From Octopus sinensis (lineage: Eukaryota): a stretch of 64,000 nt of DNA. A program made the translations under genes and the position numbers. This document shows positions 23,931 to 35,994 of the stretch, one piece after another. The DNA is taken from assembly GCF_006345805.1 (NCBI RefSeq), contig NW_021832432.1, positions 704,377 through 768,376 on the forward strand. The letters run 5' to 3'. Under the pieces are notes generated by a model. The model was given only the letters and a program-made list of their open reading frames with translations, ran no database searches and had not been told where the DNA came from. The number at the start of each line of letters is the position of its first letter. Within the stretch, counting starts at the first letter, position 1.

Positions 23931-25309
23931 CATCGTCACTCTGCACGCACGATGGTAACATGCTCTTATAAGAATACATTACTATAGTCCACTCTGCATT
24001 GCTGTACCATTCCAGACACGTTATATTTCATATATATATATGTATGTGTGTGTGTGTAGAGAGAGAGAGAGAGGGAGAGGGAGAGGGAGAGGAAGAGGGA
24101 GAGAGAGAGAGAGTCATGCACAAGCTCTGACTCATGTGTATACTATATGAAAACTGAAAAGCCAATCGTACTTCTAATAACGGCGTCACCTCTACAAATC
24201 TACAACCTTCTTTATTAGCAACTAAAAATGAGGCTTCTGTGTCACTATGACGCAAATCTTTCCCTCCTTAAACGCAGTATTTCTGAAATTTCCTCTTTGC
24301 ATATGTCTTTTCTGCAGACTAGCTTTGAAATGTTTAACAGAAACGTTAACCTTATCAATCTCACAGTTCATGGAGAGTTTGCAAAGACAATGGCCACTGT
24401 ACGTTCTTGTAGACTATATCAATGAAAAAATTATAAAATAGGTCGCAACATTTGGAAAATATTTTTCATTTAGCAATTAAATAATTCGAATACATATAAA
24501 ATTTTTGTTTTTAATATGAAACTCTTCTCGTGAAAACGCTAAGCTGTAACAATTTGTTCTATTTTTGTATGTTCGTATCTCACGGGGATATTTTAGTTAA
24601 TAATCCAAATGTAGTGTCATGTTCTTTCAAACTCTAGATATATTTGGATAGTTTTGTTATTATTTTTTCCTTTATATCTCAAAAAGAAAAGTATGTTTGA
24701 AACAGCGTAGTTAAATTTATCTTTCAAGTATCTTTGTAATGTTTGCACTTGATATTAAGTTTTAGTTTGATGGAGATCTTTTGTGCTTTATGTATAATCA
24801 TTTCAGCATTACATGAGTGATTAAGGGGGCGTCAATTTGTATTTCTGAACAGTTAACTTACATTAATTTATCTGGTTTACATGCTATAAATTTTTTTGTT
24901 AGAAGTACAACCGTAACCCTCTTTGAAATTTTTTCTATTAAATAGTTTTCTATATCGGTAGTTGGCAGGTAAATAGTTACTTATTAAATCTAAGAAGCTT
25001 TCAGCTAGATGTGACTTAACGAAAAACAAGATGTAAATCAGCTGATATTGTGGCATCTTTCTTAGTTTGGGAATGTGGGGTTTAGGAATATATATATCAT
25101 CGTTGAATCCAGTATCTTCTAGCATTTTATTGTAATACGAAGCCACCATATCAAATATTTCTTTATTGGCTGATAGGTTGGAGATCATTCTGATAATATC
25201 AATAGGTTTTTGAAACCTGTAGGTGGATGGCAGGTGTGTATATTTATATATAAACTTGTCATTAAATTGCCTGTGGTTCAGGCTAACAACTAAAAAAAAC
25301 ATATGATAC

Positions 25310-25501
25310 TTAATGCTTTAAATCCGCGAGTACGCTTTAGCGGGAGCGATTTCGTTTCGCTATACTCCTGGAAGACTCACAAGCGGGCGGCCTCATAGAT
25401 TTATGTTAAAGGCTCTGTAATTGACAGAAACATCGTTATTTTCAGGTGTAGTCAAACAAAATCGCGCTCGTTAAAGTATACTTACGAGTTCAAAGGGTTA
25501 A
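25310..25501. mobile_element. piggyBac-type MITE with TTAA duplication
   Basis: TTAA at 25310 and 25498; right end ...AAAGGG|TTAA; ~55 bp imperfect TIRs; it splits the Penelope RT segment. Confidence 0.7.
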
Positions 25502-26032
25502 GATATTGGTGAGAGTTATTTTCACGCCAAACTTTTTGCTGGAGTCAACAGTAAAATGTTTCTAAAAATATCTCGTGTATGTCTATTCGCGTATAAGCCA
25601 ATGTTTGTTTTGGTTGATTTCTTACTAAGTACATCTATAGTATATATCTATATATCTAGATATTGTAGATATATATCTATATCTATATACTCTGTATATA
25701 TATATATATATATACATGTATGCTAATAAGATGGTACATCTCATCACTATCGAAAGATTCAACGCTGATATTGAATTAGCCCTGGAGCTTGATATTGTAG
25801 TTCTAGAATAAATTATCTGAGAATAGTTTCATATCAGATGTAATGATGTTTATATCATTATCATCTATATGCTTATACGTTCTACAGCATTCTAGAGCGT
25901 CAGTAAGTAGAGATTTAAAATTAAAGCTGAATTTGGTAATTTAGAGCAGTTGATACTAATGTTATCAAACAAGTTAATGACTGTACTGCAGTTATTCTGC
26001 TCTTCGAAATTAGTTGATTTTCTAATATTAAT

Positions 26033-26452
26033 TTCAAATCTTAGCACGAGGCCAGCAATTTAAATGAAGTGGATAAGTCGAATATATCGACTCCAGTGCT
26101 TGATTGGTACTTACTTTATCGACTCCGAAAGAATGAAAGGCAAAATGGATCTCAGTAGAATTTGAATTCTAAACACTTTGGCCGTTGTACTAACGATTCT
26201 GCCTACTCATCGTCTTAGGTGATCTTCTAACATTATTGTTATTGCTAAGGTGGCGAGCTGGTAGAATCGTTAACATGCCTAGCGAAATGCTTAGCGGCAG
26301 CTTACTGTCTTTACGTTCTGAGTTCAAATTCTGCCGGAGTCTACTTAGCTTTCAAACTTTCGGGGTAGATAAAATAAGTACCAGTCAAGCACTGAGGTCT
26401 ATGTTATCGACTTACTCCCTTCCTTGCTGGCCTTGCGCCAAAATTTGAAACC
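26033..26452. mobile_element. Head-to-head SINE-B pair
   Basis: ~26033-26218 (-) and ~26247-26452 (+). Confidence 0.8.
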
Positions 26453-26934
26453 AATATTATTGTTAATGTTTCCTAAGCTTTCTTTATTAATTAATCTGAT
26501 CTTAATCTTTCTGAGATTTATTACTGTAAACCGAACTAGTATTATGGAACTTATGTGTGACATACACTTTACTTTTAACTAAAAATTTTGATTATTGTAA
26601 TTTAGGTTTATGATCTATAATTTTTGCCTGAGCATTCATATGTTGTAAGTTAGTTTACTATTTAGTCTGTTTGTTGTATTATTTAGTTTATTATAGGTAC
26701 GACATTCCACTTCATAAACGTTTTTAGTTTTTATCAAAGAATATAATTTAAAATTTCTTAATGTTCCTAATATCAGGGTTCAGTTTGTTATGAAAAGCGT
26801 TGATGAACTCCTTGTTGACAGGTGACTAGTATATCATTGTAACTTTTCATTTTCATTCTATTAATTTAGGAGCGGTGGAAAGATTCAGGTCGAACCGTTG
26901 AAGAAAAGTGAGGCGATAATAGGGTGGAAAAATT

Positions 26935-27017
26935 ATGCAGTTTATACCATTTATTTCCTACGTACGTTTCGTAGGAAAGATGCAGTTTATACCATTTATT
27001 TCCTACGTACGTTTCGT
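26935..27017. repeat. Short tandem duplication, 45 bp period
   Basis: 'atgcagtttataccatttatttcctacgtacgtttcgt' twice. Confidence 0.9.
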
Positions 27018-27223
27018 TAGTGTGGTTACTTGCATACTATGCAGTGCGCACCACTTGGCAGCTGGCGTGGTTGCTCAGAGAAGCATTCTGATGGAGGGAC
27101 GACGTGAACGTACTCATTTAATAAAACGTTTTCTTCGAATCAGAATAGTTAACATAAACCTACGATGAACAGCAGAATCCAGTGAACAAACAAAACATAC
27201 AAGGAGTATGTGCCATCAATAAC

Positions 27224-27256
<33 letters not shown>

Positions 27257-27322
27257 GACACGCACATATGTATGTATGCATCCATGTATGTATGTATGTA
27301 TGTATGCATGTATGTATGCATG

Positions 27323-27382
<60 letters not shown>

Positions 27383-27431
27383 ACTATAATATAATATAAC
27401 ATAACATAATATATATATATATATAATATAT

Positions 27432-27476
<45 letters not shown>

Positions 27477-28311
27477 ATATAGCAAATTTAAGATTCAATT
27501 GAATTAGGTACTTAAACTGAGGCACCTCGTTAGATCGGAATAACACCTGTACTTCTACTGTTACTCATTCATATGTGTTTGTGTGTATGTGTGTGTGTGC
27601 GCGTGTGCGTGTGTATATGTGTTTGTATATATATGTATGCATATATATATGTGTATACGTACATATATATATATATTATATATATATATATGTACATACA
27701 CATACATGTATGTATGTATATATATATATATATGTACATACACATACATGTATGTATATATATATATATATACGTACATACATATTAATATCTCCGTGGA
27801 TAGGTGATTAATATGTCACTGTAGATATTCAATTCTGCTAATTTAGTCAGTTAATAATGGCAATGTCACTAAAGTGTATTGGTTAGTACAGTGACATGCT
27901 TTACAGCAGATGCAGCATTCATATCGAACAGACGATATTGCAGACTTTTTTTTCTATATGTAATATCTAACAAGCCAAATTTTTAAATAGTTCTAGTTGA
28001 TTAATTTTTACGAGGAATTTGCGTGTCTTTATGAAAGAGAGATTCCGCAACAAAGACAGTTGCAGAAGAAAGCGTTCCTGTGCAAACTTTTACCTTCATC
28101 TATTTTCTCTAGTTATCATTCCCCCCATAGTGCTTACAAAAGTTAGCAGAGATATTGTTCGTAGAGTAGCTTCAATTATATAGATCCATAATTAGTCATG
28201 AAAAGTTTTCGACTATCTATTATTCTGCGATATATCATAATTTCAGACGTCATTAACTATGTCTGTGTGATGTCTCGATACAAAACTTAGGCGCGTTAGC
28301 AATGTAACATC

Positions 28312-28357
<46 letters not shown>

Positions 28358-28369
28358 CACACCAATATA

Positions 28370-28746
28370 CAGGGTGATTCAAAAGTCGCCATTATATATG
28401 AATAATGTATCTTTTTATATGAAACAGTGTATAAGAACAGTTTTTTTTTTTTTTTTTAACAGACTCTGTATGGTTACCATTGTTTTGAATACACATTGCA
28501 ATACGTTTACCCCACTCATTGTAAACTCCTGATAGCACATCTGGTGATACATATGCAAATGAGTTGGTGATGCGTTCATTCAAATGATTTATGTCTTTTG
28601 TCTTATCCGCGATACACCATGCCTTTCAAATGCCCCTAAAGATAGAAATCAAGAAGGGTCAGATCAGGGGATTTATGGAATCTTATAAACTGTTTCTTAT
28701 TAAAAAATAAAATTTTCCTATGTATGAAGACATTTGAATCACCCTG
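28370..28746 (-). mobile_element. Deleted Tc1/mariner-superfamily element (maT/rosa-like C-terminus)
   Basis: TA|CAGGGTGATTCAAA...TTTGAATCACCCTG|TA; 'SPDLTLLDFYL*GHLKGMVY...ERITNSFAYVSPDVL..V..EWGKRIAMCIQNNGNHTE'. Confidence 0.85.
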
Positions 28747-28805
28747 TATATATGCTTACATATTTATGAAGACACACAAACACACAACACACACACACCT
28801 CTATA

Positions 28806-29095
28806 TCTTCTTCTTAATACTTTTTGCCCCTTGTGGAGCATAGGGCCTCAACAGTTGTTTTCCAATTTTTCGGTCATTGGCGTGTTCCTTGACTGGTGGT
28901 CCTGAGCTCATCCAAAATGCTCCACTTCCATGTCTGCTTCGGGTGTCCTCGCTTCCTTTTCCCCTGCGGGTTCCAGTCAAGTGTTTGTCGTGTCACATTT
29001 GAGGGTTCTTTACGCAGTGTGTGAACGATCCATCTCCATTTCCTTCGTCTAATCTGAACATGTATGGACTCCTGGTTGGCCCTTTCCCACAGGAC
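28806..29095 (-). mobile_element. RTE LINE 3' fragment
   Basis: 'QIRRRKWRWIVHTLRKEPSNVTRQTLDWNPQGKRKRGHPKQTW...WKTTVEALCSTRGKKY' followed by a (GAA)n tail. Confidence 0.85.
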
Positions 29096-29301
29096 ATATA
29101 AACGTATACATATATATATATTACATGTTTCGATAAATATGCATATATATATATATATATATATATATGTAAGTTCAGCAAAATTTAGATTCAGATGAAT
29201 ATGGTACTTAGGTTAAGGCACCAGAATTTGGTATGGTATTATCCATATAAATAAATGGGGATGATTATAATCAAAATAAGCAACAAAGATATCCAAGGTA
29301 G

Positions 29302-29389
29302 TGTAGTACAATCGTTTCAATGCTACTTCATTTTATTAAACAATGTAAGTATTACATCAGTTTAAAATGTAAAGCACTCTTCAGCCACA
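29302..29389 (-). ncRNA. Type I hammerhead-like motif with long helix II
   Basis: Minus strand: tgtgg-CTGAAGA-gtgc[long stem, atgtaa(tac)ttacat apex]gcat-t-GAAA-c(gatt)g-TA-ctaca; GUA cleavage triplet. Confidence 0.65.
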
Positions 29390-29684
29390 TATGGAATTAT
29401 TTTATTAAATGGAATGTACTTTTTTATACTTATTTCATTTGCCAACATACAAAGAGGGTAGATATATAGACAGAGAGGTTAATTTTATCATTAAGAACAT
29501 GGTAGAAGAAGGTCCTTCTCCAAATCTACGGATGGAGAAGGATATTCTACAACCATGTTCTTAATGATAAAATTAACCTCTCTGTCTATATATCTATCCT
29601 CTTTGTAATGTTGGCCAATGAAATAAGTATAAAAATGTACATTGTCCCTTTAATTTAAAAAATTCTATATGTAGCTGAAGAGTC
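29376..29684. repeat. Long palindrome (~140 bp arms, ~12 nt loop)
   Basis: '...cattaagaacatggtagaagaaggtccttctcc aaatctacggat ggagaaggatattctacaaccatgttcttaatg...'. Confidence 0.9.
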
Positions 29685-30636
29685 CTTCAATATAGGTAAA
29701 TATTTCCTAGCACTGATAGATAGATTTTCCATTAACCATTCTTATAGGAACATCTTCAATAGACACATTTAAAAATTAGTTTTAGTTCAACTACCAATTT
29801 TAAAAACATAATCAATCATACATACAAAAACAGCTGTTCATGCAGGAATAAAGAATTGTGGCCCGCTAAATGGAGCTTGCATGTCCAAGACCATCATATA
29901 TGATAACTACCGTAAACTCTTACCACTAAAGACACCGTTTTCGACGAAGAAATACGTGGGCCTGACAGAGGTAATTTCAAGCCAGGTTCAATAACCACAC
30001 TTTGAGCTTTAGGCACTGGAACAAAAGAAAAGCGACACATTATCCAATCATATTTGGTCTTAAGAGATAAAGGTTCGATTATAACATACAATGGAGATTT
30101 TGGCCAGATGTAAGCCCTATACTAACGGCAGCGGAAGGTGCGGTTTATGCGACATGGAGAGATGGCTTATCTGGAAAAGCAGCTTAGACCCTACCACATG
30201 TCTAAATACAAGACAGAGCTTTTCGGATCATGCCCACATGTGACTAAATTTCTGTTACGTTTTTGGTCCCCTAAAGAAACGGATAGAACATGCATTCTGT
30301 GTTATGTCCCAAGAAGATTTTATATATTTTTATATATTTTTATATATTTTTTTATGTATTTTTATATATATTTTGATGACGAAAAATGCGAGCGATGTAT
30401 AAGTACGCAGGAAAGCAGAGTTATAACAAGTAATTTCCCTTCATTTTTAACGGTATTTTTCATAACGTTTTCAAATAGCCAGATACCGAAGAGATGGTGT
30501 TGTGGATTTCCACTTCGTCTGAAACTCAGAGTTTTATCTTGACTACCGAGTAATGTAACATATTGTATAGATAAATTTCCTCTATTACATAATATTGAGG
30601 TCTCTTTCTTTCTTTTGTTATCTTACCGTTTTATAT
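29685..30636 (+). mobile_element. Penelope-like element 3' part (GIY-YIG endonuclease + pLTR)
   Basis: 'NIGKYFLALID', 'PLNGACMSKTIIY', 'KKYVGLTE', 'LSNHIWSLRDK', 'CKPYTNGSGRCGLCDMERWLI...LNTR..ELFGSCPHVTKFLL'; hammerhead-like CCGAAGA...GAAActcagagtt at 30486-30533. Confidence 0.85.
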
Positions 30637-30699
30637 CATATATATATATATATATCTTACAGAATCCAATACACATACCCCACACACACACCACACACA

Positions 30700-30744
<45 letters not shown>

Positions 30745-31236
30745 ACACACAACACACACACACACACACACACATATAAATATTTATAAACATGTAATAT
30801 ATATATGTATATATGTATACTTATGTATTTGTATAAATATATAGTATATATATATATGTGTGTACATATGAAAATTCATATACATATACAGGGTGTTCCA
30901 GTTTAATTTGACAATTTGCATAAAAGAAAACATAATATTCTATCCCAAAATGTATTTTTAAAAAATCCCAAAATATCAACTAGATTATGGCTGGGTAATA
31001 ATTTACTCAAAGTAGCCATGCTCAGCTTTCACCATGGCACTAAAAACGGCCCTGGAACTTAACGTCTAAGTCCCTCTTCTGCGTCATTGGGAAGATCTTG
31101 GAACACCTCTTTGATCTTGGGTACCAGCTCAGCCTTGGGATTGGAGGCAGAACGTTCAGTTCTATATTCAAGATATGAGGAGTTTTGTACATTATTTACA
31201 TTTGACGGATATTTGTCCTCATCTTGTTTGCTGTTA

Positions 31237-31280
31237 ACACAACGTTTCGGCTGATATATCCTCCAGCTTTCATCAGGTGT
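31237..31280 (-). ncRNA. Minimal type I hammerhead ribozyme (Penelope pLTR type)
   Basis: Minus strand: acac-CTGATGA-aagctg(gaggatatat)cagcc-GAAA-CGT-T-gtgt; palindromic AACGTT helix III; helix I acac/gtgt. Confidence 0.75.
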
Positions 31281-31449
31281 CTTGATGGAAATTTCGAACT
31301 CATTCCTAAGGTATTTTTCGATCTTCTTCTTCTTCTTCTTCTTCTTCTTCTTCTTCTTCTTCTCCTCCTCCTTCTCCTCCTCCTCCTCCTCCTCCTCCTC
31401 CTCCTCCTCCTCCATCCCCCATCCTATTATTATTATTATTATTATTATT

Positions 31450-31524
31450 CAGGTCACTGCTTGGAATCGGACTCGGAATCTTGGAGTTGGTAGCCCGCGC
31501 TCTTAACCACTACGCCATATGCCC
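31450..31524 (-). mobile_element. tRNA-derived Pol III head (75 nt) followed by (AAT)n
   Basis: GGGCATATGGCGTAGTGGTTAAGAGCGCGGGCTACCAACTCCAAGATTCCGAGTCCGATTCCAAGCAGTGACCTG: A box TGGCGTAGTGG, B box-like GAGTCCGATTCC; imperfect cloverleaf. Confidence 0.75.
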
Positions 31525-32305
31525 GCAGCTGGTGTTTTTTTCTCAACCGAGCACTACATAGAGTAATGCTTGGGGGCTGGTGAAGTCGAAGAAATTCTCT
31601 GACAACCCCACTTCTGACTCTTTCTTTCCAGAGGTATGGCAAGGAACAGAATCCTGCTGCCACACATATGGCTTTCCAGCAGCAACCCTCTCCACCCAGA
31701 GTTTGACCAGTCTCCAGCAGCTTCACATAGCTGTCTGAATTGAGCTTAAGGCCCTGTTCTTGCAGCTGTTAGATGAATTCCGGTATGCCAACGCCATCAG
31801 AACGCTTGTCGCGTACCTTCTTGCTGGCCTCGGCTTCGTAGTCTCTGTTGCAGCTGTCCATATCACGTCTTACAAGCCGCTGCAGTGTTCACAGAGCATT
31901 GAACAGCAGTCATGATGTCAGCATTTTGATATTCGTGGCAAATAAACATGATACAGTAACTATTTTGCAATATTTAAATGGTTTCCAGTCCTCCATGTCA
32001 GCTAACTTTTTCCCAACTACAACTTTAATCATTATGGTCTCCAGCACCGTTGACTGTTCATTAATGCTTGAATGTTTTTGTGAAGAAAGGAGAAGCACAA
32101 AAAATGTCAAATTTTAGTTCGAACACTGTGTGTGTGTGTGTATGTGTGCGTGTGCGTGCGTTTTGTGTATGCATGTATATATATACATATAAGTATATAT
32201 ATATATATATATAATATATATATATACACACACATATAAGTATATATGTATGTTTGTATGTGTATATGTACGTATCTCTCTCTCTCTTGCTCTCTCTTCT
32301 CTCTT

Positions 32306-32352
<47 letters not shown>

Positions 32353-32779
32353 TCAAAAACCTGTGTGTATATGTGGTTATCACCATCCTTCAATACAGAG
32401 ATAAGCATTGGTTTAAAAGCGGCGTTCTTGTCAATCTTACCACCAGAAATGCAGTAACACTGTGATTGGCCCGTTGGAAACCTATAAGCAATAATGTTAT
32501 CTACCAAACTGTTGATATATGAATAATAGAGATATATCACTGCGTCAGATCCCTATGTGGTCGTTAGACGTGCCAGAAATAGCTGTTAGATGCTACCAGA
32601 TTTAAAAAGATTGGTACAGAAGAATATGTTGAATTTGTCATTATTTATGGTTAGATGCCTTTGATCGTGGGTCTGTTAAATCTGGGATATGCTGGTGTTA
32701 AACAACAACGACTCAACACATGTTTTTTTTTTTACCATCGATTTTAAAGCTGAATAAATCTTATCGAAATTATAACTAT

Positions 32780-34110
32780 GGATCTTTGACAACAAGAAAC
32801 AAGTCTATTTTGGTAGCATAGAATTCTGGACTCCTGGAACAGATGAATTATTCAAAAGCATTTTGTGTTGCTGCTTGGTTGATGAAAATCTTTTAGAGGA
32901 AATTACGGGAATATTTGTTGATCGGTGATGAATCTGTTGGAATAAACTGAATAAAGTACAGTCTAATAATCAAGCCTTTCAAGTTCTGTAATCATTTACC
33001 GGCATATAAGTAGACATGGTAAAACATCTTCATTATCGTTCCAAATCCTGTTGCATTTCAATTGGAGGTTTTGGTCCTTCAAAGTCATCTTGGTGTACTA
33101 ATCGACCTATCTTTTCTGGCTGTAAATTGAGGTCTGAAAAATTTGAAATGCCAAAAAATATGGTATAAAATATGGTGTTGTCATAGAGGAAAATTGTTCC
33201 TTTTCGATTAGACGTATAAGTTGCAATTCTTGGTGCATTTTATCGACTTTCTGTCAATGCTTTTCTATTGTGATAATTTCGATTGCCATCCAGCAAACAA
33301 TGACCATAACTTTCTATTGATACAATTTCGGTTTAGAAAAGTGTTTTGGTGCTTCATTTCGCTGTAGTACTGCGCGCAGAACTCCCTTGGTTGTCTCCTA
33401 GAATCCAGTTGTCGTCATTTATTACAATACAATCAGAAAAATAGGACGTTTTGTTTTTTTATTGAGCAAAAGAAGAGACCGGCGAACGGAAGAAAGAAGA
33501 AGAAAGAAGACATGCACCCAACACCAGAGCTGAAGACACCTCCGAAAGTGTGTGTGTGTGTGGGGGGGGGGGCGCCATATCAAAACGGTAGAGGAGTAGG
33601 GGCCGAAACCGGACGTGGTTCCTCTGATGATGTCTTGAGCTAACTGGATCCTATAAAGGAGCTGTTGTGGTAGCAGACAACGAAACACGGTTGAAATTCC
33701 TCCAATACGATCAGCGAAATAGGATGTTTTGTTTTTTATTGAGCAAAAGAAGTGCAGAACAAAATTCCTAATGGCGATTCATTTCAATTGGAGGTTTATT
33801 TCTTTCAGCTCATGCGGTATCTATTTGTCAAACAATTTTACTTCGCAGTGTGGTGCAAATGGCAGAAAAAGTTTGAATGACCAAAGTTAAGTTATATTCC
33901 GTGGGTTTGCTTCAGTAATGTAAATCATTGTAAATCAGGCATTATAAATCACAGAAGGTCATTTGTGTCCTTTCTCATCTTCAAGGATTCGAAAAATTTT
34001 GAACCCAAGTTGAGCCGCACATTCGTTTGGTTATCAATGTGAACGGTTTCTCTTGTCTTGCTCTACATTTTGAACTCATACAATACAAGATTTTTTCCGA
34101 ACTTTATTTT
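32780..34110 (-). pseudogene. Heavily decayed mariner transposase
   Basis: 'YEFK', 'IPHELKE', 'FCSALLL.NK', 'CIVINDDNWILGDN', 'EAPKHFSKPKLYQ*KVMVIVCW', 'NRKGTIFLYDN', 'QAATQNAFE*FICSRSPEFYAT'. Confidence 0.75.
33476..33702 (+). mobile_element. 227 bp insertion with two tandem degenerate hammerhead cores
   Basis: CTGAAGA(33530)...GAAAC(33605) and CTGATGA(33624)-tgtct...agaca-acGAAAC(33682); flanked by ~50 bp direct repeats. Confidence 0.5.
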
Positions 34111-34217
34111 GACAGCCTACAATACACAAGAATAAATGGTAAAAGCAAAACCATTAGCATAAATCAATATACCGAAATCTCTGCATCAAAATGGTATTAT
34201 CATCTATGAGCGCGATA

Positions 34218-34435
34218 TCTTGTATGGGTTAAATAAAAGACATGAACATGTACCTTACATCAGTTAAACAAAAGACAGGAGCATGGTATCTTCGTTAAAT
34301 AAACACTATGAACATGCTATATCAGTAAAAGTAAAGAAAAGGCAAGAGAATGGTTATCTTATATCAGTTAACTAAAAGGTAGGAACGTGGCATCTTATAC
34401 AGGTTAAATGTTATCTTGCATCAGTTAAATAAAAC
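34218..34435. repeat. Degenerate ~35 bp minisatellite
   Basis: Recurring 'atctt..atcagttaaa.aaaag..a.gaacatg'. Confidence 0.6.
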
Positions 34436-35058
34436 TTTATTCTGAAATAGGCTTCAAAGCTTAGGTTTAATTAAAAAAAAACCAAAAGCCATGTTAATTT
34501 TTGCCTGTGCCTGCACACATTTGCACACATGCATACGTACCCGCGAACATACATGCAGACACACACATAATTGTATGTGTACAGATATGTATGTGTATGT
34601 ACTTAGATATATATGTGCGTGTATGAATGTATGTGTGTGTGAGTGTATGTGTGTGCGTGAGTGTATTTGTGTGTGCGAGTGTATTTGTGTGTGTGTATAC
34701 GCAAAGGTATATGTGTGTCCGTGTATGTGTATACGCGAAGATATACGAATGTGTGTGTAATTGTGTGTGTGTATGTGTGTGTGTGTGTGTGCGCATGTGT
34801 GTGTACAAGTTAAGATATACGCATATGTACGTGTATACACTAAGACATGTATGAGTTTGTGTATATGCAAATATATATATATATATATACGCGCAGATTT
34901 ATGTTTGCGGGTATACGGAGAAATACATCTGTATATGTGTGGCTATATACACATACGAACATAAATGTATAAACAAATTATAGGTATGGGAGTGTGTATA
35001 CAGCTATGTATGTATGTATGTATGTATGTATGTATGTATGTATGTATGTATGTATATT

Positions 35059-35158
<100 letters not shown>

Positions 35159-35164
35159 AACGAC

Positions 35165-35352
35165 TATTGAAAAGGTTGGAAGACACAACGAAAATTTTTG
35201 GAAAAATAAATAAGTAAATGAGTGGAAACTTTACCGGTGAGTGTGTTAAATAATAAGGTACTAAAAGAGAATGACTGTCCACAGACAACAAAATATGCTT
35301 CAACACACGAACTCACATAAAGAATCTTGCAAACCAAATCCCAAAACGAAGT
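35165..35352. mobile_element. (TA)n-embedded repeat, same family as 43717-44018 (probable Penelope pLTR piece)
   Basis: 'tgaaaaggttg.aagac.caacgaaaattt...aaagagaatgact...atatgcttcaacacacgaactcacataa'. Confidence 0.7.
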
Positions 35353-35371
35353 ATATATATATATGTGTGTG

Positions 35372-35403
<32 letters not shown>

Positions 35404-35445
35404 TGTATGTATGTATGTATGTATGTATGTATGTATGTATGTATG

Positions 35446-35518
<73 letters not shown>

Positions 35519-35785
35519 ATATATATATGTAGCAGAAGTAGCAGGGTGACTCAATGTTTTGTGCATAGGCTCTTGATAAGTGCCAAAGCACGAAACTCTC
35601 AGGTCTTGAGTCACTCTGTTCCTTCTGCTCAATATTAAAAAAAATATACATATACTTTATTTTGAATTCTATTTTTCCTTTTTGCTCCAACATACCGATA
35701 TTATATACATACATATATATATATATATGCACACACATACATACGTACACACACACACACACACACACACACCACACACACACAC

Positions 35786-35829
<44 letters not shown>

Positions 35830-35854
35830 GATAGATAGATAGATAGATAATAGA

Positions 35855-35921
<67 letters not shown>

Positions 35922-35994
35922 GTTCTATACACCTAATACAATTCTAGAAAACATTTTGTCATTTGTCCATATAAAAGAAATTACTTTATATGAT

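Larger units (their letters stand above)
24540..26860 (-). pseudogene. Penelope-like element relic (RT + linker/EN), interrupted by nested insertions
   Basis: 'FNISVESFDSDEMYHLI' (cf. FDVTMGSFDGAE), 'NIGLY', ORF 24877-25302 'ISNLSANKEIFD..SYYNKML..GF...YRKLFNRKNFK.GYGC'. Confidence 0.7.
30889..32128 (-). mobile_element. maT-like Tc1/mariner transposon relic split by an insertion
   Basis: TA|CAGGGTGTTCCAGTTTAATTTGACA with a degenerate partner at 32101-32128; 'GLKLNSDSYVKLLET..WVERVAAGKPYVWQQDSVPCHTSGK', 'KAELVPKIKEVFQDLP...KAEHGYFE*'. Confidence 0.8.

Noticed and set aside
28826-28840. RTE tail similarity to the SINE-B tail ('gccccttgtgg')
   Set aside because: Only ~11 nt and in the opposite orientation; the Tx1 end matches over a longer, co-oriented stretch.
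33030-33135. Minus-strand terminal exon candidate (tttcag|...LNLQPEKIGRLVHQDDFEGPKPPIEMQQDLER*)
   Set aside because: Lies inside a decayed mariner region; no recognisable homology or partner exons.
33425-33752. Direct repeats read as LTRs of a retrozyme
   Set aside because: The repeats encode part of the host mariner transposase, so they are a target duplication.
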